Shown: piece by piece, positions 13,001-24,477 of the stretch
Numbering within the stretch: the first letter of the stretch is position 1
Layout: each line of letters begins with the position of its first letter
Origin: Trichosphaerium sp. ATCC 40318
Taxonomy: Eukaryota; Protista; Tubulinea
NCBI GenBank assembly: GCA_038496445.1
Contig: JALMLS010000480.1
Coordinates: forward strand, 186,001-250,000
Length of the DNA stretch: 64,000 nucleotides
Reading direction: 5' to 3'
The notes under the pieces: generated by a model
The model's database searches: none
Seen by the model: the letters and a program-made list of their open reading frames with translations, nothing else
Told to the model about the DNA's origin: nothing
Made by a program: the position numbers and the translations under genes

Positions 13001-13677
13001 TCACAACCCGCGACATGGAGACTTAACCAGTTTAATGCTTTCTTCTACAAATATAGTCCTTACGCATTCACTACGCCGCTGTAGCGGCTCTTGAGAATTT
13101 TTAGCATGTTTTGACGCTTTTGAAGAGAATCGGTTGAAACTTGTTTGTAACTGTAAAGCTTGACATACTAACGCCCGCCTAGCCATGCCTAAGCACAGCG
13201 TTACAAATCATTATTTTTTTCAACTGAAAAGTACCTCCTGCCTCTACAAGGTGCCTTGATGCCAAGGTAAACGATTACATGCTGTTTCCTATTGAACACA
13301 TCCGCTAAGCTAGCATTTGTATGTACACAAGCGTACTACACGCAATAGTTTGTAAGAAACCACGTATAGCAATGTTAACGTACAGTATTGAACAGAGGGT
13401 TTTTTGAGTTTAAGCTATACAATTCTGTGTTTGGTTGAGAGTATGTGATGCGTAGGTGACGCTGTACGCGTTCGTTAACGATATTTATTATAGCTATCTT
13501 CAATTCTGTGACGGATATTGCTTCTGGCACTCTCAGGGATATTGGAAACACGTGTTGAATGCCCCAAGGGTAATCTAAGACACTTGTATCCATATGAACT
13601 TCAACGTACTTTTTAAATAGTTTTGTACGCTTTACTTTACGTTTGATAGGTGCCCTGGACTCCTTTCTATACGCCAT
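13001..13677 (-). CDS. Hypothetical basic protein, multi-exon
   Basis: ORF from MAYRKESRAPIKRKVKR with a GTACGT donor near 13384 and further open exons; no family recognised. Confidence 0.4.
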
Positions 13678-14828
13678 AGGGATTATTGAGTGTAATTGAC
13701 TTGCTTCTTTAATGCGTACATATTCATAGAACGTGGTTAACTTTAACCGCGCGAAACGTGCTATCAACTTGCTTTTTTTCAAGAAATTACACTTAGGAGA
13801 ATAATTGTTTAGAAGGGTCCTGGTTAACTTCGTAACAGAGTGTGGTAACTAAGTACAAAGCTCTAGTAGAGCAATATTGCGCCTAATAGTAGTGGTTGCA
13901 GGGATACTCAAAGGGAGATTGATAAGCAAGTGATGAATTGAGCATCGTATTCCTGCACGCTATCTTGTAATTGGTTGGAGAAAGCGACGTATCAAACAAT
14001 TCACAACTTAGACAGAATAAGATTACCCGCACTGTACATTGTTATGTGTTTAATATGTAGGAAATCAACAGTTTAAGCATAATATCTTTTGTGCTTGTTT
14101 CAGTAATAGTCTTACCCTTCACGTGGTAAACAGAAAAGAATGCCGAAGAAAAGTGTTTGTGAGTTGTTTATTTACAATAATTTGAATAAACAACATCGTG
14201 GTAGAGTGCAACGTAACAGTCAGATTTTGAAACAAATAATTTGTTAAACTCATCACAATACTTTTTTGTTGAACAGTAGTCACCTAGTTGCTATTGTAGC
14301 ACACGAATTGGTTATATAACAAGTATTGATAGAGTAGATAAATTATATATAATTATTCATGTGATAAGACGACACTGTGTTTTCACCAATCCTATTGCCT
14401 CAATGTAATATTCTCAAAAAATTCTTATTTTTTTCCTTAGAAACGAGACCAATACCAAAATCAAGAAAAGAAGCAGTAGTTTAATGATAAGATCATTCAA
14501 CACTTTACCTATGTTATGTTACTTTGTATGGCCTTGGTTAAGGCTCAAGTCTCTGTAAGACTGGTGAACAAAGTGCTCGTATCCCAACAATCGAAGATGC
14601 AACCTGTTGGTGCTAGCGTTCTATTTCAACAGAGAAACAAGAACGACCATTACTTCAAAACAAATCTTGTATCTGGTGTTGTATTTAATATAAACCCATA
14701 ACTTCTCAGTGACATTCTATTAGCTCGATTGATAAATAAAAGTTCGTAACATTTGAATTGCATTCTTCACTGCTTCAACATATTTTATTGTGTACTTTAA
14801 CTTTGGTTGGTCGTTCTTTTTTGATGCT

Positions 14829-16223
14829 CTAAAGTGATGCTTGTTGAGATTTTTGATCCTCTAAAAATTCTTCTAGACAAGCTACAATAGTTCCCTTGCA
14901 AAGAAGAGCGTCCAGATTTTGTCTGAGATAGCAAATTAAAACACAACTTCCATTAGGTGTTTTTTTAATGAAGACAAAGGACGTACTTGATGTACTCATG
15001 TTCTTCATCACTTAAAGATGATATATTAGGATAAGGTCGTTCTCCTTTATCATATTTATCCATAGACATGCCTCTGCAATTTAACAGATAGCGGTGTGTA
15101 ACATCACGTCCTTTATTTGAATTGAAAACTGTGCTATCTTTATTGATTTCAATGACATAACCAAGCTACAAAGAAAAAAGAATTTAAGCAACTCTGAGCA
15201 TCACATATATGAATGAAGACTTGATGCTATTTAAAGAAGTCTTTTGAGGAAGTGAAAAGTTGTACGAAGTTGGTTTTTACTATGTAAAAAAAACGTACAA
15301 CTGAAGTATGAATGGGAAGACTGTTGTCTGATCCGTCTCTTTTCTTTAGCTCTGATAAGCTCATTTTAGGTAGTGTTGAAATATCTGGTATCTCTTCACG
15401 TCTTTTAATAGTTGTAGAAGAAGGTTTATAAAAAGGGTGTCGTTCCAAGACCTCAATGTACTCTAGTAAAAATCAATAAAAAGGCAAGTCACTTTTCATC
15501 AATTTCATTGTGAATCCATGTAAATCACGTGCCTGGATCTAATTTACATTCTTTAGCACCCATTATAATTAAGTTAAGATATCTTTTAGATGGATATATG
15601 CCAACTGGAAGAGGCACCGTTCTTGAAGTTGCAATGTACGCCTTTTAGTTTTTTAGTTTAGTTGGTCATAGTCTGTTTTCGTTACCTCGGCTTTTATTTC
15701 TTTGCCATCATATGTCTTTGCATTTACTTGTACTGATTTATAGAAACGGTTACCACCTTCTTCTTTATCTAGTAAAGCCGCTTGGTCCTTTGTCATCTCT
15801 ATCTGTGCAGTTGTTACAATCGTTCCTGGAGGTGTACAGATAAAGGAAGAAAGCTCAAAGTAAAAAACTTATCGTACCAATACACCATGAACATGCTTTC
15901 CCTCACTAGCAACCAAGTTTGCAAAGCAAGGCTCAACTATTAAATAAAACTGTCAGCAATCATTGATTGACACGTGTTGTGAGTAACCATCGATTGGCAC
16001 GTGACAATTTGTTGGAAACATCAAAATTGTTCAGTTCGAGAATAGAAACGAAAAAACGTGTTAACTTGCCTAACGTTAGAAAAGGGCCCAGGTTGAATGC
16101 TAAAATCCAGTCTTGTACAATACCAGGTACTGCTGATAGTATTTCGACGTTTTTCTTGCTTCTAAGTATTGTAGGACTCATATTAGAGCCGTAACTGAAC
16201 TTCCAGACTGTTTGAGGCTCCAT
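14829..16223 (-). CDS. Gamma-glutamylcyclotransferase-like domain fused to a cytochrome b5-like (MAPR-type) domain
   Basis: FSYGSNM, VHGVL, LDKEEG and PSKRYLNLIIMGAKECKLDPEYI (GGCT); MSLSELKKRDGSDNSLPIHTSVLGYVIEI...GRDVT (cyt-b5/MAPR-like). 7 exons, two GC-AG introns. Confidence 0.85.
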
Positions 16224-16786
16224 GGGATGAATATCGTTTAAAGAAGCGTAATCAAGCGTTTGCTGGTATTAGAGTGTGTAAATGAGATGATGTACGCGAC
16301 AGCAGCTCGTAGAGATTATGACAAGTGGTTTCTGGTGACCTTTTCCGGTCTTTCTTTTAAGCGAAGTCTCCGCTGGTTTTTCCGATTCTTTATAATGTAG
16401 GAAGTTTATTGTACTACGTTATCAACATATTTGAGCTGAATGCTCTTAATTACAACGTAGTATTAGCAAAAGGAGATGGTTCAGATGTTGTCCCGAGGAA
16501 ATAGATGTGCAAGATTCACAACTGTATTGTGACGCTTACTGACCGCACTACTATGTATGCCTTCTCTACGCGCTTTCCTAGTAGTTCACGTGTCATGAAG
16601 CGTCACGATGACAATAAATGTGTAACAATGTTTAGTAATTAAACGCTGAAATAAACGGAAAGTACCACGGCAACCCAAGGAAAAAAACAAGTCGGGGGAA
16701 ACTACTTAGTAAACTGTCTTGTTGGTCCTCTATCTCCTATGGCGGCTTATATAGGTAAGGGGATACGCAGGTTATTCTAAAAAAGT

Positions 16787-18234
16787 TTATTCTTTTGTGT
16801 GGTACACCATGATAATACTTCTGTTGCTTTATCACTCACTTTTACATTCTTAAAAACATCTTTTACAGCTTTTGCATTACCACAGTAGATAATAATAGGA
16901 ATACTCTTCCATTTCTTTCGTCCATGTACTGCCCTATTACAAAGGGTGAATGGTAATTAATTACAAGCTCAACATGAGGAAAATACGTACGTGATGAGGT
17001 TAAACGCAGCATGATCTCCACCATCTGTTTTACGATATCTGTTTGTGATGACTATAAACTTTTTGCTTACACTTAAAAAAGACGACTTTGTAGCACTCTC
17101 CAGCCATCGTATCAACTCGTAATTTGATGTCATACTAACAACCTAAGTAATAATACTAAGGAAAAAGTACAAGGTAGCGAAGATCAACTATTAGTACTTT
17201 GACTTTAGGGTCCTTTGATTCAATTGTCTTTGTCAGTAGTTTATTTTGGTCAGATAAAGAGGCATCCACCCAGAGAACAAGTTTATCGTATTTACCCTTT
17301 TTTTTAATAGTGGCGACTTCTTTGTCAACTAGTACGAAGGAGTTAGTCAGAATACTCTCATGCTAACAGTTTAAGGAACCAAAGTTTTTTCGTTTCGCGC
17401 TATACCCATTGCGTTCACTATGCAAGCATCAAATACTTCACAAACATTGAAGGGTTGTGTAAAAGAGCACTCAATGTAGTGGAAGGCATCTATATCTTTA
17501 GCAGTTTGAGCACCTTTATAAAAGTCAACTGTAAAAAAAAATCACGTGATAAAAACCAATATCCACAACAATTGGTTCTTTTTCTTCTTGTATCGTACCT
17601 TGTTCATATGTGACTGGAGACTGCCCTTTCTCTTTTAATTTAGCAACAAAGTCTGCGTCATCTCTCAATTCTATTTGAGCACCAACAAGCAAGATTGGTT
17701 TCCCAGAGGCGAAGTAGTGAAGCTCTGGAGACCACTAAATACAGAATAAATCTTGAGGTTGAATGGGTATCTTTATTCACCGTCTCTTTTATACTTGTAT
17801 AACTACCAATATCACCTACTGAGAACACAAGTATAAAGACATCGGTATCCTGAAAAACCTTGGTTAGCAACAGATTACTACAGTGACCTTACAGGGTAAC
17901 AGTGTCGTTGTAAGCGTATGTATTCAGCCATTTTGTTCTAGATAATAAATAAGATCAAGTGAAAGCGTTGAACAAACGTACAGTGTCACAAATGCCAAGT
18001 TCCACTGGTTTACCTTCAAATATTACTCTCTCTGTTGTTTTGGTGTTAGATACAATAGTGGAGAGACAGAGGGGTTGAACACTAACGTCTACACCTGTGA
18101 TAGTGGTCCATAAACTCAACTCCAATTTTAGATCTTGGGCAATATGTGTAAGATGTTAACAGCCCTGCTTTTATCTCATTTTCATCATTGCCTACAATCG
18201 TAATACGCAAATCAAAAGAAATGTCTTCTGCCAT
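16787..18234 (-). CDS. Degenerate Rho-family GTPase fused to a receiver (REC)-like domain
   Basis: Rho scaffold YPDTDVFILVFSV, WSPEL, PILLVG, AKDIDAFHYIECS. C-terminal LVLWVDAS...FIVITNRYRKTDGGDHAAFNLI...IPIIIYCGN has receiver-domain spacing. Confidence 0.8.
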
Positions 18235-19141
18235 TATGGTCTTTTTTTGCTGAAACTGTCAACGCTTAGTTGTATTACGTATTCTATGTTATCTAGTCTA
18301 ATATACGGTTGTTTAGTTCATTATTATGTAAAATACGCCAATAATTGTTTTACGCACTATCAGGAGTTGTTATTTGCATCATAGATGCGTTTTTTAACAC
18401 TTTGAGAAGTTTGTAGGAAGCTTTAGTTCACAACCTGTTTTAGCTAATAACAAAAAACTTGGTTTTCGTTATTTAGCGAACCCATCATCCAATTAAGTTA
18501 GGGGTTTGGTTAATGGTGTTGTTCCAACACCGAGCGTTTATTCCTGCGCACTTCATAAAGTATTGGGTAAGTTGTCGGGTGTATTTGGGTACCCGACATT
18601 ATTTTGGTGAACCGAAAGGTGACAACAAAATTGGTTTTCGCGAACATTTCTTTTTGGGGCATAGGTTTAATTGCCACGGCCGTCCATTATTACATTGAGC
18701 CTGCTTTGTGCCATGAAGTAAGATACCCAGTTCTCAAGTCTTGCTTAGACCTCACTGAGGCTGAACTTACACAAGTAGTTAAAATCCTAGAAGATAATAC
18801 CTCACTGTATTTTACCCTGCTACAGGAAGGGTTTTTTGATACAGTGGATTTTCCAGCCAGGTGTATCTGCTCCACCTTCGGTTACTAGGGTATTGTTTAG
18901 AACAAGGCTATGAACTGATAACAAAGTGTTTATCTATGTGGAGCATATGAACTTTTTATTATCAATCATGTACGTGTCACTGAGTAGCCTTGAAGCATTT
19001 TATGGATTAGATGCAATATACAAGATTACGATTTCTATAAGGTTTTCTGAGTTAGTGTTTGATTATGATGAATACAAAAATCACGTGATTGCAAAAAGAT
19101 AATGACTTTATTTTTATAGCTGCGAATGAATATGTTACCTC

Positions 19142-19798
19142 CTACTCTGTCTTGAGAGTAGAATAATGCGAGTAGAATGATACGCGAGTTATATCATATT
19201 TGAGTGTGTTGTTAATATAAAACTGGTGAAAGTCATTAACCCTCTTACCATTAATATAAAAGCACGTATCAAACAATTGTCTACCACCAAAACACTTATA
19301 AACACCATGTTTTTTCCCATTAACATAATTACATTCAATCTCTATTGATCCATCATCAAACCATCTCTTATACAACCCATCAAGTCTGCCATTTAAATAG
19401 TTACTCAATACATACATTTGTCCGTTCCTATGCCAAGTTCTACACTCGCCATGTCTTCCACCGTGTACCCAATTCTCTGAACGTAAAAGGATATTTTTAT
19501 TCCTCTGACCAGGAGGTATCGTTGAGCTTAAGAGTTTGTGGTTTGAACGAAGAGACCATGAGAAGTCAGAAGAAGACGAAGAATAAACAGTTTTGTTTCG
19601 TGTAGTTATTTTTAACCATTTTCTATGTTTGTTTAGATCGCAGTCGAACCTGGTAGCCATAGCGGCTTCTTTAGATAATAACGGCCATTTTAGATAAACT
19701 TCAGGATCTAGATCTGTTATATCAAGTTGTAGCTCTATCGGAAGGCTTGTAATCGCGTAATCTAACATCGTTGGTGGTTTTAAGCGTGTATTTGTCAT
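19142..19798 (-). CDS. F-box-like + MORN-variant (MORN_2) repeat protein
   Basis: Single ORF: ITSLPIELQLDI..., then repeats HGECRTWHRNGQ, LDGLYKRWFDDG, KHGVYKCF. Confidence 0.85.
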   Translation of the reverse strand: MTNTRLKPPTMLDYAITSLPIELQLDITDLDPEVYLKWPLLSKEAAMATRFDCDLNKHRKWLKITTRNKTVYSSSSSDFSWSLRSNHKLLSSTIPPGQRNKNILLRSENWVHGGRHGECRTWHRNGQMYVLSNYLNGRLDGLYKRWFDDGSIEIECNYVNGKKHGVYKCFGGRQLFDTCFYINGKRVNDFHQFYINNTLKYDITRVSFYSHYSTLKTE

Positions 19799-20403
19799 CC
19801 AATGCGTTAGTTTATGTAAAAACGTACTAACGTTACAGAATGAGTTTTATTGCTTACGATATATGCACCGCTATAGGCTAGTTGCCTTTTTGAGCGCTTT
19901 TACTCTTAATCTGTACGTTCTTTGAATCAACAACGACAATATTTCGGCAGATCTTTGACAGAAATATTCCACTCAAACACAAACAATTAAAGATGGCAGA
20001 AATACCAGTCCGGACCGGTTACGGACCGAAACGCAAAAGACCGGTCTGTAAACGGTCCAAACGGTCCGCTGTCACAAAATCTCAGAACCCTCCATCTCTT
20101 GACCTACTCACTGTGCATGCACATACGGTGGCTGTACACTTTTGTGGCAGGTTTGAATATCGCACCTTTTTTTCAGTGCTGTTGATAGCTACTAAGACGT
20201 TGTCTTTCGAAAGGTTATTCTATCATCTTGGAAGAACATTGTTTACACGACGTGATGGAGATTTAGAGGTAATTAAGAAGTCATCTTTATACAATATTAC
20301 AGTGAGGTTGTTGTTCAGTACTACTAGGAAAGGGAAAAAAAAATACAGGCTTGTCTGGTTGGTCACTTGAACTTTTTTTTCTTTTTTTGTGGTTTTTGTT
20401 ACT

Positions 20404-23400
20404 CTACTTCTTCTCTTCAGAAGCGTTTATCTTTTGACTATTGTAGAAATGTGCAACCTACGACGCGTAAATATGAGATGACAAAGATAAGTGATACCAA
20501 GGAATGGTCACAAAGTCAAAGAACACATTTTTTGAAACTTCAAGAAAATTAACAAAGACGTACTTGTTCAGAATCAGTTGCATCTTCTGGTTTCTTATCA
20601 TCACGTACACGAATGAATCGAGGGAATCTAAGAGCGATACCTTTTGTCTCATGGACCTATACGAAAAAAATAAATAACGTGATAATCACGTGAGAAATAT
20701 GAGAACAAAAAAGGAAAACTCAAGCACAAGTTAGAAGAAAGAAAACATACCAATCCTAAGCCTGCAGTATATGTCGGAGAGATAGACAAATCAGCTGCTT
20801 TAATTTCCCATACTACTGCAGGTTCAAACCATACATCACAACTACCTTTAGCTTTTCCGAGACTACAACACATGTCAATAAAAAACCAAGAAAATAATAA
20901 GAAAAGAGATGTCACTTTACCTGTAGTAACCTGGTGGTTTATCAATCTTATGCTCGTCAAGTCTCTTTGTAAAGTCCTTCAAATTTTGATCCGACAACCC
21001 TGTAGCAACCTTTGTGATAGCTTGATATTCATCGTCATCAGGGTTATAACAAGCAAGGAGATAACCACCTAAAATGAAAAACAATTAAACCAACAATAAA
21101 TTACAAAAAACGAAAAATCTTTTTATTGTTTAGTCTGCAAGCAAGTCAAGTATTGGTGAACAATAACACCAGATGATTAATTTTGGTTAAATAAACGCAG
21201 ACAAATCAATGAAAAGTTGGTAAACCGACATAATATCCCAAATTGTTGAAAAAAAAAAAGTTTGGTTTGTAGTAACGTACCATATACACCAGTACGTTTT
21301 CCTGTTCCGTAATATGCACCAATAGGTACTAAATCTAGCGAATCGCCCATAGTGTCCATGTAATCTTTTTTCAACTAATGAATAGATTAGCAAACATAAA
21401 GAAACGACATGCAAGGCAAAAAGCATAAAAACAGAAAAACTTGGTGGAGGTTTTTAAGGTTTTTTTTACGAAGACTCACTTTAAACCAATTGTATGATCT
21501 CTTATCCGGTTCATAGGTATCTTTTAATGTCTTGAGCATAAGTCCTATAATATACAATTAGAACTACGTACAAACGGCCTATCATAGGCCAACACAAATT
21601 GATGAAATAGTGAAGTGGTTTTTTAGGTTTTTGTACCTTCGCAGTTGCTCTCAACAGATAACTCCAAGTATGCTTGAATATCATCAATTTCATCCAAATC
21701 TTTAGCTTCAGCAAATGTCAATTTACCAGGAATCTTCTTAAAAGTTTTATGAAGCGTAGCACGTCGTTCTTTGAGAGACTTGTGAATGAGAATCTAAAGG
21801 GAGAAAAAAATAAGAAAGGTTGTTGTCACAAAGCAACATTGAGCCGTAGGTCCCTCACATGCCGAAAAAGGTACTAATGGTTTGAATGCATAGTATGTAA
21901 AAATTACGAACCTCGTCATTGAGATACAGGACGTCAAAAGCGAAGAGGCAGACTTTAATTTTGACATCTTCGATTTTGATGTTTTTCCTTCCACGATGAC
22001 TTAGAGTCTGGAAACTTAAGATTTTATCATTCTCTACATCATAAGCTACTGCCTCACAATCAATAATGAAACTTGTAACATCTGGAGAGCAAATCTATAG
22101 TGAGTGAGTACGCGAGCTCAGTTTTTTGAAAAAATCTCAAAGAAAGAAAGTATTAAACTTTTTGTTTACCTCAGGAAGGAACTCGATGATATCAGGGTAT
22201 TTACTTGTATTATCCTCTAAGTTACGAGAATATATCTTGTAAGAACCATCTGCAAGTTTATGGACCTACAGGTAGAAGTGTTAGACGAGAAAAAATCAAA
22301 AGTGTTAAACTGTTAGTTATGCCATAAAAAACCAAATGAATCCAGTACACAAAACCCGGGTACTGTCTAATGATTTTATACTTACTTGGGCACGCTCGCC
22401 ATCATACTTGAACTCACAAGTAAACTTATTATTCTGGAATCTATCCAGGACCTGAGTAATACCCTAATTTTTTTGCTGAGTTTATGAAAAAAAAAGGAAA
22501 CAAAACTTACTGTCGAAGGTTGGGCCAACATGGGTTGTACAGGGATTCCCAAAGTCAAATAACAGTGTTTAGGAAGCTCGAAAATACCATGCTTGCGTAG
22601 TTTAGGCCATATGATATCGAAACTTGGGAGTTCACTAGGCGGGGAGTTAAAAACGTTTACAGAAAGAAAAAAATTCAAGTTGAGATTTTTGTAAATACGC
22701 ACCAATAGGTTCTTTGAAATATTTCTGCTGCACGTTTCTTTTCTTCATCACGGCCAGGACGACCTTCTTGAACAGCAACACATGCATGAGCGAGAGCAGC
22801 CTAAAGTAAAGTGAGCAGGGTGTTGTAAAGTATTCAAACAAAATAAGGCTTACGATAACAGTTTTTTGAGCGACACCAAGTCTCATCTTTCCTTGCAATG
22901 TACGGACAATATAAATGATTTCGGTTTCTGTACATGCAACGAACATATTGCTCATCATCTCTGATTTACGTTTCATAGACTTTAACAGTAGTTAGGCGAA
23001 ACCCGAAAAAAGAAAGAAAAAAGATAAAGCAAGAATCTCGTTTTTCTCTTTCTCCATTACCGAATTTCCTGATGCTTTTGCGATAGCAAGTAGTTTGTTA
23101 AACACAGATCTTATTGTCAATGGTTTCAATTTATGAAGTGTACGTAGTCTTGCTTTACTGTGCTAAACGAAAAGTAAGTAAGTTTTAAAAAAAATGTGCA
23201 GTTCCGAAACATTTTGAATTTGCGAGGATTTTGATGCAACACTGGCTATCCATACTTTATATTATGGTAGATAACAATGACGATTATATTATAAACGAAA
23301 TAAGAAGTAAAATAGTTGCGTACATGAGCTACTTTACCAAGATCGCCAAGTCGTTTGTAATCTTGTCTTAGTTGGCCTATCTTTTTGCCTGTAGCTCTAG

Positions 23401-24384
23401 AAATAGCCTTCATTATAGCAGCTTCACCGATACCCAACTCCACACCAGCAAAAGCGGGTGCAAGCTGTTATAAAAAGTAAGTAATGTCACATGACACAAC
23501 CACAATCAAAAGGAGAAGAGTAAGACATAAAAAAAAGTTGTACCTTGTTTGAACACAAATAGAGCGTTGGAAGCAAGTCATCTGGCGAGAGGATAAGCAC
23601 TTGGCAAAACAATTTACATAGGATATCCTGGAGCTTCAAGCGTGCTCTTGTTTTTACTAGTTGATCAAAAGCCTTTGATAGAGCCAAGTACGGAACACTT
23701 GAAAAAAACTGTTAGTTTTGACCTGCCAAAAAAAGCAAAAAAAACATTTTCGTTTTTCGCGGTTACGTACGATTCTCCATGTTTCCAAAGAGCTCCTTTG
23801 GCTAGTTTATGATCTGGTGGTTGTGTTATGGCAACATCTTCAAGCTCACTAGATGATAAGAGTCAGAAAAAAGTGATTGGTTGAAACAGGTCAAAAAAAA
23901 AACGTTTTGATGTTGTAACAGTTCAAAATGGTTCATTCTTTATGTGAACGCATTGCGCGATGTAATGGACAAACTGTAAGAAAATAAAATTCGTCGAAGA
24001 AAAAAATGTAACGAAAAAGCTGTTTACGTACAATTTTGGCTTGTTCTCTGTCTTGACCTCTTTTGTTACCTATGTATTCGTTAGTTTAAGGTTTTCGCGA
24101 TGTACAATTACTTGTTTCTCTTCTTTGATGTTTGATTGTATGTTAGGTGCGTTTTGTGGGTCATTTTCATCGTTCTCTGGCTTTTCGGTCTTGATAGCAC
24201 GCACTATCCGTTAAATCAATAAACAAAAAATTTACTGGTACGTACACTTCTTTGATGGCGTTTTTGATGAAGCGTCACTATTTCTCTTGCGTTTTTTTGA
24301 GTTAGGACCAAAAAAATCCCTACGTAACAGTTAGACTTGTTTAATTATCATAACAATATTAACTCACGATAGAGAGCTTTGCAT
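20404..24384 (-). CDS. LIG1: ATP-dependent DNA ligase I, many exons
   Basis: N-terminal PIP box MQSSLSDFF; [22 protein letters not shown], adenylation motif [63 protein letters not shown]. Confidence 0.97.
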
Positions 24385-24477
24385 AGTTGATTGTAGCGTT
24401 ATAAAGAAAAGTTACCGCGAAAACAGAGCAAAAAATTTTCAACGCATTTCTTTGCGCTTTTTGAATTTATCGTCCGA
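24385..24477. promoter_or_regulatory. Putative bidirectional promoter between LIG1 and the ADP-ribosylglycohydrolase-like gene
   Basis: Divergent start codons at 24384 (-) and 24478 (+), 93 bp apart. Confidence 0.6.
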
